DNA of 64,000 bases, taken from positions 176,032-240,031 of the forward strand of contig JALTBN010000027.1 of assembly GCA_027075325.1 (NCBI GenBank), written 5' to 3'. Under the pieces are notes generated by a model. That model was given only the letters and a program-made list of their open reading frames with translations. It made no database searches and was not told where the DNA came from. Below, piece by piece: positions 1 to 11,239 of this stretch (position 1 is its first letter; each line of letters opens with the position of its first letter). The position numbers and the translations under genes were made by a program. The stretch is from Thermococcus sp. (GTDB lineage: Archaea > Methanobacteriota_B > Thermococci > Thermococcales > Thermococcaceae).

Positions 1-2
1 AA

Positions 3-113
3 AGGGCAAACCTTGAAAATGCCTCTCTCATGGACATAGCGCCGACAATACTGGATTTCTTTGGCGTTGAGAAGCCGGGGAACATGGTGGGAAGGAGCTT
101 AATAAAAATCTGA
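3..113 (+). CDS. 3' end of an alkaline-phosphatase-superfamily (phosphodiesterase/nucleotide pyrophosphatase-like) protein, partial
   Basis: Manual translation gives ...[31 protein letters not shown]. The DIAPTIL...M.GRSL C-terminus is typical of this superfamily. Confidence 0.65.
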   Translation, partial: RANLENASLMDIAPTILDFFGVEKPGNMVGRSLIKI

Positions 114-225
114 AAAAGCCCAGAGCTTGATGGCTATTTCGCCTTTGTCGCTCTGAGAAAACCTCAGAGAGTCGAGGGAACGAGAAAGGAGAGGCAATAA
201 ATGAAGAGACCAGAACTTGGATGAG

Positions 226-612
226 TTATGGTCCGCCCACGTTTAAATACGGTCCCTTCTTCATCCTCCGAAGCTGTCTGAAATAGGCGTCCTCCTCAAG
301 CCACTCATCTACGAGATCATCGAGTTTCATTGTAAGGGAATTTGGCGTTGTCGTAGCGTAGATGACCCCCTTAAAGCCGAGGGACCTCATCTTTCCAAGC
401 GCTTCCTTAACTTCATCGTTGCTCAGGTTGTGCATGAGGAAAAACTTCCTCTCGTGCCAGTTCCCGCTTCCCTCAAGGGATTGGGCTTTCTCGATCACCT
501 CTCTCAGGGCCCATCCCCTGCAATGTTGGGGGATTTCATAGACGGGGACGCCCGTGAAGGCACCTCTAATCAGAGTTACCTCCTCTTCCGAGAACCCTAT
601 CAGGAGTATCAT
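226..612 (-). CDS. DUF3783-like conserved hypothetical protein
   Basis: ORF MILLIGFSEEE...VIYATTTPNSLTMKLDDLVDEWLEEDAYF resembles DUF3783. Confidence 0.6.
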   Translation of the reverse strand: MILLIGFSEEEVTLIRGAFTGVPVYEIPQHCRGWALREVIEKAQSLEGSGNWHERKFFLMHNLSNDEVKEALGKMRSLGFKGVIYATTTPNSLTMKLDDLVDEWLEEDAYFRQLRRMKKGPYLNVGGP

Positions 613-666
613 TTTACCACCATATGAACTTCTCAAAGGACGTTAAAAATCACACGGCCAGGAAAT

Positions 667-900
667 TCACAGCCACTCCACCCTCACCTTGTCCTCAACC
701 CTCTCTTGAACTCACTGTCTCCAGTGAGGAGCGTGGCGTCTAAATCAATTGCAGTCGCGACTGCAAAAGCATAGGCGTAGCTGAGCCTGTGGAAGGCTTT
801 TATCCTTCCGGCTATGAGCGTGAGCCTCTCATCGGCGACCACGAGTTTAAGAGGTTCCCCTCTGATAAGGGCAACCGCAAGATTCGCCGTATCCGTTCCA
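667..900 (-). pseudogene. Truncated, frameshifted VapC/PIN-domain toxin remnant
   Basis: Minus strand reads ...DERLTLIAGRIKAFHRLSYAYAFAVATAIDLDATLLTGDSEFK, then in another frame RVEDKVRVEWL*. The PIN motif LSYAD has D>Y, and no 5' half or start codon is present. Confidence 0.7.
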
Positions 901-997
901 CTCCTTTACATTCGCCAGAATGATCTTACCAAAAGAGCATAAAAACTTTCGGGCAGGAACCGAGAAAAGCAGAATAGAAGAGAAAGCCCACCAGCCC

Positions 998-1645
998 TCA
1001 GCGTGAGGACTGGGCTATCCTCTCGATCTCTTCCTTCTTGCTGTAGGCGAAGCTCTTCGGGTCCCTGTTGGCCGCGGCGATTATCTCCTCAGCCAAAGCC
1101 TGGGCGTAGCTGGTCTTGTTCCTGTAGCACTTTGCTGAGGCGCCGAGGGCGATGTTCTTCAGAGCGATGTCGAGCCTCCTGAGCGGGGCAACGTCAACGG
1201 CCATGTGATAGCGGATTCCACCGAAGGCTATGGTGGTGGTGTCCTCCCTGGGGGAGGAGTTTTCAAGGGCCCTGACGAGAACCTGGAGCGGGTTCTGCTT
1301 CGTCCTGCGCTCGATGATCATGAAGGCCTCTTTGACGACCTCGTAGGCCTTCATCTTCTTGCTCATGAGGGAGCGGTGTTCCCTTCTCATGAAGTGGCCG
1401 CCGACCTTGGAGTGACTGGCTCCACTGCGCATGACCTTGTTAATCAGGCGCTCGACGATGTGAACGTTGGCCTTTCCAAAGGACTTCTTGGCGTGCCTTC
1501 CGTGGCTGTGGGGGAGTATGCGAGCGTCGAGGTTGATGTAGGGCCTGAGGGACGGGTCGTTGACGGTTACGTCCTCAACGCTCCACCTGCCCATGACCTT
1601 GGGCTCCTTCGGGATGTAAAAGCGCTCGGTTAGTGCCTTGCTCAT
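998..1645 (-). CDS. rps7: 30S ribosomal protein S7 (uS7)
   Basis: [36 protein letters not shown]; operon position. Confidence 0.98.
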   Translation of the reverse strand: MSKALTERFYIPKEPKVMGRWSVEDVTVNDPSLRPYINLDARILPHSHGRHAKKSFGKANVHIVERLINKVMRSGASHSKVGGHFMRREHRSLMSKKMKAYEVVKEAFMIIERRTKQNPLQVLVRALENSSPREDTTTIAFGGIRYHMAVDVAPLRRLDIALKNIALGASAKCYRNKTSYAQALAEEIIAAANRDPKSFAYSKKEEIERIAQSSR

Positions 1646-1650
1646 TGATT

Positions 1651-2094
1651 TCACCTCCTCGGCTTCTCCTTCCTTCCCTTGACGAGCTCCTTGAGGCTAA
1701 CGCGGTTCACCTTGACGACCTTGTACCTGATTCCCGGAATATCACCGACGGAACCGCCCTTAGGACCACCGATTCCCTCGATGATGACCTCGTCGTGCTC
1801 GTCTATGTGGTTGATGGCACCGTCACCGGGGGTGAACGCGGTAACGACCTTGCCGTTCTTGATGAGCTGAACACGGACAGCCTTACGCATAGCCGAGTTC
1901 GGCTGCTTTGCCTCAACCGCGATCTTCTCAAGGACTATTCCCTTCGCCTGCGGGGCCCCTCCGAGCGGGTCGCTCTTCTCCTTAAGGCGGAGGACCCTTC
2001 TCTTGTAGGTTATGTCGCTCCAGCGGAACTTCTTCCTCTTGAGCTTGAGCTTCCTTCCGGCAAACTCTCCATACGGAGCCTTCTTTCCAGCCAT
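1651..2094 (-). CDS. rps12: 30S ribosomal protein S12 (uS12)
   Basis: [17 protein letters not shown] and [10 protein letters not shown] motifs. Confidence 0.98.
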   Translation of the reverse strand: MAGKKAPYGEFAGRKLKLKRKKFRWSDITYKRRVLRLKEKSDPLGGAPQAKGIVLEKIAVEAKQPNSAMRKAVRVQLIKNGKVVTAFTPGDGAINHIDEHDEVIIEGIGGPKGGSVGDIPGIRYKVVKVNRVSLKELVKGRKEKPRR

Positions 2095-2104
2095 GATCAT
2101 CACC

Positions 2105-2847
<743 letters not shown>

Positions 2848-2860
2848 ACCTCACACCTCC

Positions 2861-4036
2861 CTACTCCCTTTTCGGTCTCAGGGGAAGGCTCATCTTCAGC
2901 TGTACCATCCCGGTTCCAACCGGAACGGGCTGACCAATGAGCACGTTCTCCACGACGCCGTTGAGTGGGTCAATCTCTCCCCTCTCAGCGGCTTCAAACA
3001 GGTGCTGTGTAGTTATCTCGAAAGCGGCCCTTGCAAGCACGCTGGACTTCTCACCAACGATACCGTGCCTTCCAATGGGCCTTATCACACCGTCGAGCGT
3101 CATCATGTCGGCGACGAGCATTATGTGCCTGACGTCGACTTCAAGACCCTGCTCGCGCATCGTATTGACGATTTCCTCAATGATGGCATTCCTGGCGGCC
3201 TCAATTCCAAGGACTTCCGCTATTTCCCAGATGTTGTTGGTCCTGGTTCTCGTAGGGTCGATGCCCGGAACCTTGAGCACCTGCTTGAAGTTTGAACCTT
3301 CGGTGTATATGACGTACTCGTCGCCCTCTTTCCTTATGATGGTCTTTCCAACACCAGACAGACCCTTAAGGCGGTGCTTTTTAACCTTTTCGGCGAGCTT
3401 CCTGAGGTCAGAGAGCTTACCGGCCTTCTTAGGGCGGGCTATCAGAGTGTAGCCGTCAGCTTCAAACTCCGCACTCTTGAAAGAGCCGTTGAGCTTTCTC
3501 AGGATTCTCTCCATGTCCAGTCCGCTCTTCTCAAGCCTCTCCGGGTCTATGTCAACAACGAATTCAAAGTTGAGTATATCGATCGTCGTCTCGCGGGCGA
3601 GGTTCTCAATGGTGGTTCCTTCAATCCTTCTGGCTACTTCAAGGGCCTTCTCCTGGTCGTACCGGTGTTCTTCGTCGAGGTAAACCGTCATTATAGGCGT
3701 CGAGGGGTTCTTCCTGGCATCAACAATCTCAATGATCCTCGGCAGACCGAGGGTGACGTTGATTTCCGCAACACCCGCGTAGTGGAAGGTGTTGAGGGTC
3801 ATCTGCGTTGACGGCTCACCTATCGACTGGGCGGCAACGGTTCCTATTGACTCACCGGGCTCGATGAGCGCGTTCTCGTACTCCTTAACCGCTTCATCGA
3901 TTATGGCCTGAACCTCGGCCTTCTTGAGCTTGTACTTCTTGTTGTACTCCATGATCTTGTGGTAGAGTTCATCCTTGATAGTCTCCGGAAGCTCTGACTT
4001 GTCGATCATCCCCTTTATGGTCTTTGCGGCAACCAT
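2861..4036 (-). CDS. rpoA2: DNA-directed RNA polymerase subunit A''
   Basis: Trigger loop AQSIGEPSTQMTLNTFHYAG; ARAAFE motif. Confidence 0.98.
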   Translation of the reverse strand: MVAAKTIKGMIDKSELPETIKDELYHKIMEYNKKYKLKKAEVQAIIDEAVKEYENALIEPGESIGTVAAQSIGEPSTQMTLNTFHYAGVAEINVTLGLPRIIEIVDARKNPSTPIMTVYLDEEHRYDQEKALEVARRIEGTTIENLARETTIDILNFEFVVDIDPERLEKSGLDMERILRKLNGSFKSAEFEADGYTLIARPKKAGKLSDLRKLAEKVKKHRLKGLSGVGKTIIRKEGDEYVIYTEGSNFKQVLKVPGIDPTRTRTNNIWEIAEVLGIEAARNAIIEEIVNTMREQGLEVDVRHIMLVADMMTLDGVIRPIGRHGIVGEKSSVLARAAFEITTQHLFEAAERGEIDPLNGVVENVLIGQPVPVGTGMVQLKMSLPLRPKRE

Positions 4037-4046
4037 CTTCCTCACC

Positions 4047-6770
4047 TCACGCCTTCCCGCTTCTCTTCTTTGCAAGTGTTCTCACGATGATCCTGTCCAC
4101 GTCCAGGGTCTTTCCGCCCCAGCTCTTCATCGGGTCAACACCGTCTTCTCCGTACTTAAACTGGACGATGATTCCCGTAGGATCCCTGACCGTTCCATCG
4201 TAGTCTACCTTGAGATCCTGGAGGGCGTTTATCAAACGGCGCTGCATGTAACCGCTCTGAGCCGTCCTGACTGCGGTGTCTACAAGACCTTCCCTTCCAC
4301 CCATAGCGTGGAAGAAGTACTCCTGCGGCGTGAGTCCGCTCTTGTAGGAGTTGGTGACGAAGCCCCTCGCCCTGGCGCCGAGATCCCCCTGCTTGAAGTG
4401 GCTCAGAACCCTTCCACGGTAGCCACGGTAGAGACGCTTTCCACGGATGGATTGCTGGCCGAGCATAGCGGCCATCTGGGTGATGTTGAGTATCTTACCC
4501 CTCGCTCCGGTCTTGGCCATGATGACCGCATGGTTGCCCATACCGAGGTATTTCTCTGCCACCTTACCGGCGTTGTCACGTGCCTCCGCCAGCACCGCCA
4601 TGATCTTGCTCTCAAGGGTCTCCTCAAGGGTCTTACCGGGCAGGGGCTCAAGCTCTCCCCTCTTGTAGGCTTCTATGAGGCTGTCAACCCTTTCCTCCGC
4701 TTCGCGAATGATCTCATGTATCCTGTCGAGGGCCTCCCCAGGAAGATCCTCGTCGTCTATGGCCGTGGTGAAGCCCTTGTGGGTGATGACCCATATGGTA
4801 AGCTTCGTGACCTGATCGAGGAACTGTCTGGCTCTCTCTGCACCATATTCCCTGACGATAACATCGAGGAGCTTTCCATCCTCCCTTCCATAGGCCTTCT
4901 TGTCTATCGCGCCGCTGAGGAGCTTTCCATTCTGTATGTACGTAAAGCCATCGTAGGCAATTGCCCTGACCTCTGCAGGGTCCGGAACGAGTTTCTCCTC
5001 TATGAGCTTCTCGATGGCCTCGCAGCGCTCGGGTTCGTCGCAGAGCTTGTTGCGGTACCACATGGTAAGGTCATCAGGAAGGAGGAGGGAGAATATCGTC
5101 TTCCCGCTCCAGAGGGGCTGACCGTTCTCGAACTTATCGGGCTCCGGCAGTTCGTCTGCCTCAACGCCCGCGAAGGTTAGCATCTGCTCAACCTCTGAGC
5201 GGGTGAAGTACGCCCCCTCGCGCGTGAGGAGGTAGCCGCCGGAGATGTGGTCCTGAATTCCGGCTATGAGCGGGCCACCGTACCTCGGTGAGATGATGTG
5301 GTTCTGAACTTCCATGAGGATCTTGGCCTCAGCCTGGGCCTCCTCGGTCTGCGGGACGTGGAGGTTCATCTCGTCACCGTCGAAGTCGGCGTTGTAGGGC
5401 GGGCAGACCGGGAGGTTGAGGCGGAAGGTTCTGTAAGGCATGACGCGAACGCGGTGGGCCATTATGCTCATCCTGTGGAGTGAAGGCTGGCGGTTGAAGA
5501 GAACGATGTCCCCATCTTCAAGGTGCCTCTCAACCGTCCAGCCGAGGTCAAGGAGTTCCTCGACTATTTTCTCGCGGTTGGTCTCCATTATGCGTATTCT
5601 CCTACCCTCCGGGTCGATCACGTAGTTGGCACCTGGGTACTTCTCTGGTCCGTTTAGAACCCTCTGCTTCAGCTTTTCAAAGTTGAACTCGGTGACCTTC
5701 TCGGGAACGGTTAGCTCCATAGCTATGGCCAAAGGAACGCCGACCTCGTTGATGCTTATCATCGGGTCGGGGCTGATGACTGTTCTTGCCGAGAAGTTGA
5801 CACGCTTACCGCTGAGGTTTCCGCGGAAGCGGCCCTCCTTGCCCTTAAGGCGCTGTGAGAGCGTCTTAAGCGGCCTTCCGCTCTTGTGCTTGGCCGGCGG
5901 AATGCCCGATGTCTCGTTGTTGAAGTATGTGGTGACGTGGTACTGGAGGAGGTCCCAGAGGTCTTCTATAATCAGCTGCGGCGCTCCGGCCTCTATGTTG
6001 GACTTGAGGCGGTTGTTGATACGGATTATGTCAACGAGCTTGTGGGTGAGGTCGTCCTCGGCGCGAATGCCGCTTTCCAGGGTGATGGAAGGTCTCATGG
6101 TAACCGGCGGAACCGGGAGAACCGTCAGTATCATCCACTCCGGCCTAGCCTTCTCCGGGTCGAGGCCCAGAACCGGGAGGTCCTTGTCTGGTATCCTCTC
6201 AAAGCGCTCCCTTATCTCGCTGGGCATCATCCTGTGCTTGTACTCCTTGCCATCCTCGTCCTTTCTGAGCTCGTAGTAAACCGTTGGTCTCTCGAACTTT
6301 ATCGGGAACTGCGGAGCACCGCAGTGCGGGCAGACCATCCTCTCCTTTGCCTTCTTGTGTATCTCCTTGATGAGCTTATCCTTGGCCTTCTTCCTGTCCC
6401 CTATGACCTCGAACTTGTGCATGTACTCCTCTATCTCCTCGTCAGTGAGCTTCACCCTACCGCATTCCCTGCAGGTGCTCTCAAGGAGCCTCTGGATTGT
6501 TTTGGCGAATCCAACGTGAATCACAGGACGGGCGAGTTCTATGTGGCCGAAATGACCGGGGCACTCCCCGGCCCTGGCACCGCAGGTCTCACAGCGAAGG
6601 CCGGGGTCTATGACACCAAGTCTCTTGTCCATGAGGCCGCCCTCTATGGGGTAGCCGTCATCGTCGTAGGTGTCGGGGACGCTTATCTCGGCCGCACTCA
6701 TCTTCCTTATTTCCTGCGGTGAGAGGATTCCAAACTCAATACTCCCAATGACCTTTTTCATCGACTGCAT
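4047..6770 (-). CDS. rpoA1: DNA-directed RNA polymerase subunit A'
   Basis: Catalytic YNADFDGDEMN motif, Zn fingers CETC..CPGH and CREC..CPHC; no intein visible. Confidence 0.99.
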   Translation of the reverse strand: MQSMKKVIGSIEFGILSPQEIRKMSAAEISVPDTYDDDGYPIEGGLMDKRLGVIDPGLRCETCGARAGECPGHFGHIELARPVIHVGFAKTIQRLLESTCRECGRVKLTDEEIEEYMHKFEVIGDRKKAKDKLIKEIHKKAKERMVCPHCGAPQFPIKFERPTVYYELRKDEDGKEYKHRMMPSEIRERFERIPDKDLPVLGLDPEKARPEWMILTVLPVPPVTMRPSITLESGIRAEDDLTHKLVDIIRINNRLKSNIEAGAPQLIIEDLWDLLQYHVTTYFNNETSGIPPAKHKSGRPLKTLSQRLKGKEGRFRGNLSGKRVNFSARTVISPDPMISINEVGVPLAIAMELTVPEKVTEFNFEKLKQRVLNGPEKYPGANYVIDPEGRRIRIMETNREKIVEELLDLGWTVERHLEDGDIVLFNRQPSLHRMSIMAHRVRVMPYRTFRLNLPVCPPYNADFDGDEMNLHVPQTEEAQAEAKILMEVQNHIISPRYGGPLIAGIQDHISGGYLLTREGAYFTRSEVEQMLTFAGVEADELPEPDKFENGQPLWSGKTIFSLLLPDDLTMWYRNKLCDEPERCEAIEKLIEEKLVPDPAEVRAIAYDGFTYIQNGKLLSGAIDKKAYGREDGKLLDVIVREYGAERARQFLDQVTKLTIWVITHKGFTTAIDDEDLPGEALDRIHEIIREAEERVDSLIEAYKRGELEPLPGKTLEETLESKIMAVLAEARDNAGKVAEKYLGMGNHAVIMAKTGARGKILNITQMAAMLGQQSIRGKRLYRGYRGRVLSHFKQGDLGARARGFVTNSYKSGLTPQEYFFHAMGGREGLVDTAVRTAQSGYMQRRLINALQDLKVDYDGTVRDPTGIIVQFKYGEDGVDPMKSWGGKTLDVDRIIVRTLAKKRSGKA

Positions 6771-6775
6771 GGCTC

Positions 6776-9700
6776 TCACACCCTATCCTTCAGCCTGAGG
6801 GAAGGCCTGATGACCATAGCCTTCAGCTCATCGAGGAGGAGTTTGAACGCGTAGCTCATCTCAACCCTGCTTATCCTCTCCTCCTCACCGCAGACCGGGC
6901 AGTAAACCTTTCCGCGGCGCTTGTCCTCTATGGCGATGTGTCCGCAGTTCTCACAGACCCATACCTCTGACTTGTCACTCTCCTCCAGAAGACGCTCGAT
7001 GATGAGCATTGCAGCGCCGTGGCCTATAAGGACATCACGCTCCATCTCACCAAAGCGAAGACCGCCCTCTCTGGCCCTACCTTCGGTCGGCTGCTTGGTG
7101 AGCACCTGAACGGGGCCCCTGCTCCTTGCATGCATCTTGTCAGCGACCATGTGGTGCAAGCGCTGGTAGTAGATGACGCCGACGAATATGTCCGCCTCAA
7201 GCCTTCTGCCGGTTATGCCGTCGTACATGACTTCCCTTCCGTTGTGCTTGAAGCCAAGCTCCTCAAGCTCCTTCCTGAGCTTTTCCTCCGGTTCACCTAT
7301 GAAGGCGGTTCCATCAACGCGCCTGCCAGTGAGAGCAGCGACCTTTCCGCCAATGGCCTCAAGGAGCTGTCCAACGGTCATACGGCTTGGAATACCGTGG
7401 GGGTTGACTATCAAATCGGGGACGATTCCGCCCTCAGTCCAGGGCATGTCCTCCTGCGGGACTATCATTCCTATGACACCCTTCTGACCGTGTCTTGAGG
7501 CGAACTTGTCCCCCAGCTCCGGGATGCGGAGGTCTCTGGTGGTGACCTTAACGAGCTTGGTCCCGTCCCCCGTCTCGGTCAGGATAACCTTGTCAACCAC
7601 GCCCTGCTCACTCGGCCTTACAGCTATGCTCGTCTCGCGCCTCTCCTGGAGGGTCACCCCACCGAGACCGCTCTGTTCCTCAAGGAACCTGGGTGGCGAA
7701 GTCCTGCCAACGAGGACGTCCTTGCCCTCAACCTTGGATTCGGGGAAGATTATACCGTCCTCATCGAGGTTGCGGTAGTATCTGTCGCCAAGATAACCCT
7801 TTATCGTTGGGTCAGGCTTTTCAAAGCGGTCAGTCTGACCTCCAAGGTAGCGCTTCTCTTCAGCCTCGTACGTTCTGAAGAAGGTGCTCCTCCCGAGGCC
7901 GCGCTCGATGGAGGCCTTGTTCATTATAACTGCATCCTCCATGTTGTAACCGCCGTAGCTCAGCACCGCGACGATGAAGTTCTGACCGGCGGGCCTCTCC
8001 TCAAAACCAACGGCCTTCATTATCCTTGAGTTAACGAGCGGGACCTCAGGGTAATGCATGAGGTGGCCGCGCGTGTCAACCCTTATGCGGTAGTTGGCCG
8101 CACCAAAACCGAGGCTCTGCTTGGCCATACCGGCACCGTAGGTGTTACGCGGGGCGGCGTTGTGCTCCGGGTAGGGGACAAGGGAAGCGGGTATACCCAG
8201 GATGGCGGCGGGCATGAGTTCAAGATGGGTGTGCTCTTCCGTGACCTCCCACGGCCAGGTGGCCACGAGGGCGTTCTCCTCTTCCTCGGCGTCGAGGTAC
8301 TCAATGACGCCCATCTTCACAAGATCGCTCCAGCTGAGGGCGCCGCTCTTTATACCCTCAACGTGCTCCCTCGTGAGCTTCGGCTTTCCGTTCTCGACTA
8401 TGATGAGGGGCCTCCTTACCCTGCCGTCGTCGCTGTTTACGTAAACCTCCCTGACGTCCTCCTCCTCGTAGAGGGCCACGTTTATGACGTCGCTTATCTT
8501 TCCGCTTCTCCTATCCTTCCTTATGGTCTCCACAAACTTCCTGCCGTCCTCAACCGTCCCAATAAGAATACCGTTGAGATAGACCCTGTAAAGGCCAGGG
8601 CCCGGGCGCCTCTCCTCGATGGAAACGATGCCCAACCTGTTGAGGTACTCACGTATCTCCTCCTCGGGGATTCCAGTGGTTATCTGGGACATCAGGGCGA
8701 GGTTCTTGACGAGACCACAGTTCGGACCTTCAGGGGTTTCAGTCGGACATATCCTTCCCCAGTGAGTACCGTGAAGATCCCTCGCCTCGAAGTGAGGCTG
8801 TTCCCTGCTCAGCGGGGAGGTAACGCGCCTCAGGTGGGAGAGGGTTGACATGTAGTTTGTCCTGTCGAGAAGCTGGCTAACACCGGTCCTCCCCCCAGGC
8901 CAAGAACCGGTAGCGAGGGCGTGTTCGATCCTCTCGCTCAGGACGTCAGGCCTGACAGAGTTCCTCACGAAGCGCTGGATGTTCTCGAAGGTGTAGCGCT
9001 CACCCTTCCTCTGGTATGTCTTGGTCATCTGGTACTGCATGTCCTTAACGAGCTGGCCAAAGGCGACACGGAAGAGATCCTTCAGAAGGTCCCCGGCGAG
9101 CTTGAGCCTCTTGTTGGCATAGTGGTCCTTGTCGTCCTCTCCACGGAGGCCCAGAGAAAGCTCAAGAACCTTCAGCGCCATCATACCGAGGTAGTACGCC
9201 TTGGCGCGCCTGTTTTCGGGTTCAATGCCCATATGGGGCAGGAGGTTGTTGTCGATGATGTGCTCGGCCCTTCTCAGCCTGTACTCCCTGGGCTGGCCCG
9301 GAAGGGCAAGTTTGCCTATGTAGTCCATGGCTTCTTCCTGAGTTCTGATGTCCCCGGCATCTTCGAGATTGTCGAAGAGAACTTGCTGTATTCTCGGGTC
9401 GTCGCTGACGGCCTCCACTATCTCCTTGTCGGTAATAAGACCAAGAGCACGCATGGCATAGACGAACTTAACCGGTTTGGGAACGTTGGGGATGTTAACG
9501 TAAAGGAGGCCGTCCTTCTTTCTCTCAACTGTGATGAGGGCACGGTATCCATGCCTGTATGAGAAGACCTTGGCCAGTATCCTGTTCTGCCTGTCATCGC
9601 GCTCGACGAGGGTTTTGTTTGGGGCGAGGTCCTCGATAGATACTATAACCCTTTCAGAACCGTTTATAATGAAGTATCCGCCGGGGTCCTTTGGGTCTTC

Positions 9701-10144
9701 ACCAAGCTCCTCAAGCTCCTTATCGCTCAGGCCGTTAAGTCTGCAGACTTTGGATTTGAGCATTATCGGAAGCTCCCCCACTCTCACCTCGGTGGGCTCC
9801 TGCTCTATACCATTAACGACAGGAATGAGCTCAAGAAAGAGGGGAGCCGAATAGGTCAGGTTCCTTATCCTCGCATCCATGGGATAAAGGGGCCTCCTCT
9901 GCCCCTGGGCTTCCTGGAAGATGGGCTCTCCAATGCGTATTTTGCCGAACTTCACCTCGAAGTTGGGTATGTCCGGCTTCACGCCGCCGAACTCGTCTAT
10001 GACCTCCTGGAGGCCGTGGTCGATAAATGCGTTGTAAGAGTCAAGGTGTTGCCGCACAAGGCCCATTTCCTTCCAGTATGACTCCATAACGAGCCAGAGG
10101 TCGTCCGGAGTAACATCAACAACGGTAGGTCCTCTAACACTCAT
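6776..10144 (-). CDS. rpoB: DNA-directed RNA polymerase subunit B (unsplit)
   Basis: [31 protein letters not shown] and C-terminal CENC..CPVC. Confidence 0.99.
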   Translation of the reverse strand: MSVRGPTVVDVTPDDLWLVMESYWKEMGLVRQHLDSYNAFIDHGLQEVIDEFGGVKPDIPNFEVKFGKIRIGEPIFQEAQGQRRPLYPMDARIRNLTYSAPLFLELIPVVNGIEQEPTEVRVGELPIMLKSKVCRLNGLSDKELEELGEDPKDPGGYFIINGSERVIVSIEDLAPNKTLVERDDRQNRILAKVFSYRHGYRALITVERKKDGLLYVNIPNVPKPVKFVYAMRALGLITDKEIVEAVSDDPRIQQVLFDNLEDAGDIRTQEEAMDYIGKLALPGQPREYRLRRAEHIIDNNLLPHMGIEPENRRAKAYYLGMMALKVLELSLGLRGEDDKDHYANKRLKLAGDLLKDLFRVAFGQLVKDMQYQMTKTYQRKGERYTFENIQRFVRNSVRPDVLSERIEHALATGSWPGGRTGVSQLLDRTNYMSTLSHLRRVTSPLSREQPHFEARDLHGTHWGRICPTETPEGPNCGLVKNLALMSQITTGIPEEEIREYLNRLGIVSIEERRPGPGLYRVYLNGILIGTVEDGRKFVETIRKDRRSGKISDVINVALYEEEDVREVYVNSDDGRVRRPLIIVENGKPKLTREHVEGIKSGALSWSDLVKMGVIEYLDAEEEENALVATWPWEVTEEHTHLELMPAAILGIPASLVPYPEHNAAPRNTYGAGMAKQSLGFGAANYRIRVDTRGHLMHYPEVPLVNSRIMKAVGFEERPAGQNFIVAVLSYGGYNMEDAVIMNKASIERGLGRSTFFRTYEAEEKRYLGGQTDRFEKPDPTIKGYLGDRYYRNLDEDGIIFPESKVEGKDVLVGRTSPPRFLEEQSGLGGVTLQERRETSIAVRPSEQGVVDKVILTETGDGTKLVKVTTRDLRIPELGDKFASRHGQKGVIGMIVPQEDMPWTEGGIVPDLIVNPHGIPSRMTVGQLLEAIGGKVAALTGRRVDGTAFIGEPEEKLRKELEELGFKHNGREVMYDGITGRRLEADIFVGVIYYQRLHHMVADKMHARSRGPVQVLTKQPTEGRAREGGLRFGEMERDVLIGHGAAMLIIERLLEESDKSEVWVCENCGHIAIEDKRRGKVYCPVCGEEERISRVEMSYAFKLLLDELKAMVIRPSLRLKDRV

Positions 10145-10159
10145 GTTCTCACCCCAGAA

Positions 10160-10408
10160 TCATCCTTCGACCACAAGGCGGTAGTAGTAGTAAACGCCCG
10201 CGGTGGGACTCTTTCTTTTGATTTCGATCACATCACCGGGTTTGGCCTCAAGCTCAACGGCTGCCGGGTCAGAAGCGAGTATCTGTGGAAGCTGAGAGAG
10301 TTTGATACGATATTTTCTGAGGAGCTCCTCCTTCTCATCCTCAGTGAGTACCCTATGCTCCGGCACCAGTTCGTGCATGAACACGTTAAATTCTTTCTTC
10401 GCCGCCAC
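10160..10408 (-). CDS. rpoH: DNA-directed RNA polymerase subunit H
   Basis: HELVPEH...[22 protein letters not shown]. Confidence 0.97.
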   Translation of the reverse strand: MAAKKEFNVFMHELVPEHRVLTEDEKEELLRKYRIKLSQLPQILASDPAAVELEAKPGDVIEIKRKSPTAGVYYYYRLVVEG

Positions 10409-10467
10409 CGAGAAATGCCCCCTTACAGTTTTTCAGAATGATTGACACTACCCCCCGGTCTGGCTTC

Positions 10468-10484
10468 ACCTATATAAGCTTTTC
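10468..10484 (-). promoter_or_regulatory. BRE/TATA promoter of the rpoH operon
   Basis: Minus strand reads AAAAGCTTATATAGG about 60-75 nt upstream of the rpoH start. Confidence 0.55.
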
Positions 10485-10647
10485 GTGGTTGGAGTGCGGT
10501 GGGGGGTTTATAGAGGTTACGAAAAGTTTAAGAAGGAGTTTTTGAGCGGAAAGATGCCCTGAGGAACATCAATGTACACCCAGGCCATCGGGGACAAGAT
10601 CCACCCTGCGCAAAATTTTTAAACGTAGCTCCCGATACACCCTTCGC

Positions 10648-10725
10648 GCGGTGGTAGTCTAGCCTGGTCTAGGACACCGGCCTCCCAAGCCGGTAACCCG
10701 GGTTCGAATCCCGGCCACCGCACCA
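10648..10725 (+). tRNA. tRNA-Gly (anticodon CCC), CCA encoded, no intron
   Basis: Acceptor stem GCGGTGG/CCACCGC + A-CCA; anticodon arm ACCGGC-CTCCCAA-GCCGGT; T-loop GGTTCGAATCC; TATA-like TTTTTAAA about 25 nt upstream. Confidence 0.97.
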
Positions 10726-10728
10726 TTA

Positions 10729-11190
10729 CAAACTTCGCGCAGGCGAAGTTTGATCAAGGTTCGTGATTCTCCTTTAAAACGGTGTTTTGGTTGGATTTCT
10801 CATTGGAGTTGCTTTTTGGATGATGGATTCTTCATCAGGCGCGTTTTTTCAAGCGGGTTCAGGTTTTTAGCGCTCCGAAGGAGCGCATTTTTAGTGAACC
10901 CCTCAAGAGGGGACCTTACATTAGAATCCACTCTCTAATGCTCCAAGTTTATCGTGAAATCCTTTTAAGTACTGGAGCCTTAATGAAGAATCACAAACTT
11001 TGATGAAACTTTGCACTGCAAAGTTTCAGCGCCGCTTTCACTTTCGTTCAAGCGTCCTGACGGATGGCGGAAAGATCGCGTGCTTTTCTAAGAGTGCAAA
11101 TTTCGAGGGGTTTACTCATCAATTGTCATTTCATACTGTTTGCTCTCCTCAAGGCGTCCGAAGGACGCCAGAATAAAAAGCAAACCTGTT
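10729..11190. repeat. Non-coding fold-back/REP-like element: ~300-bp degenerate palindrome with ~45-bp imperfect terminal inverted repeats, plus a further partial unit
   Basis: Hairpins at 10729-10752 (caaacttcgc-gcag-gcgaagtttg), 10870-10886 (gcgctcc-gaa-ggagcgc), 11004-11028 (tgaaactttgca-c-tgcaaagtttca) and 11153-11169 (ggcgtcc-gaa-ggacgcc). Confidence 0.75.
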
Positions 11191-11239
11191 GGGGGAAAGG
11201 GATTAAAAGCCAGCATTTATTTCCCCTCTGGTGATAGAG

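Noticed and set aside
10750-10938. 62-aa ORF downstream of the tRNA
   Set aside because: Lies inside the palindromic element, TTG start, no RBS, implausible composition.
10729-11190. CRISPR array
   Set aside because: The units are alternating hairpins ~140 nt apart, not identical ~30-nt direct repeats with ~35-45-nt spacers; no cas genes.
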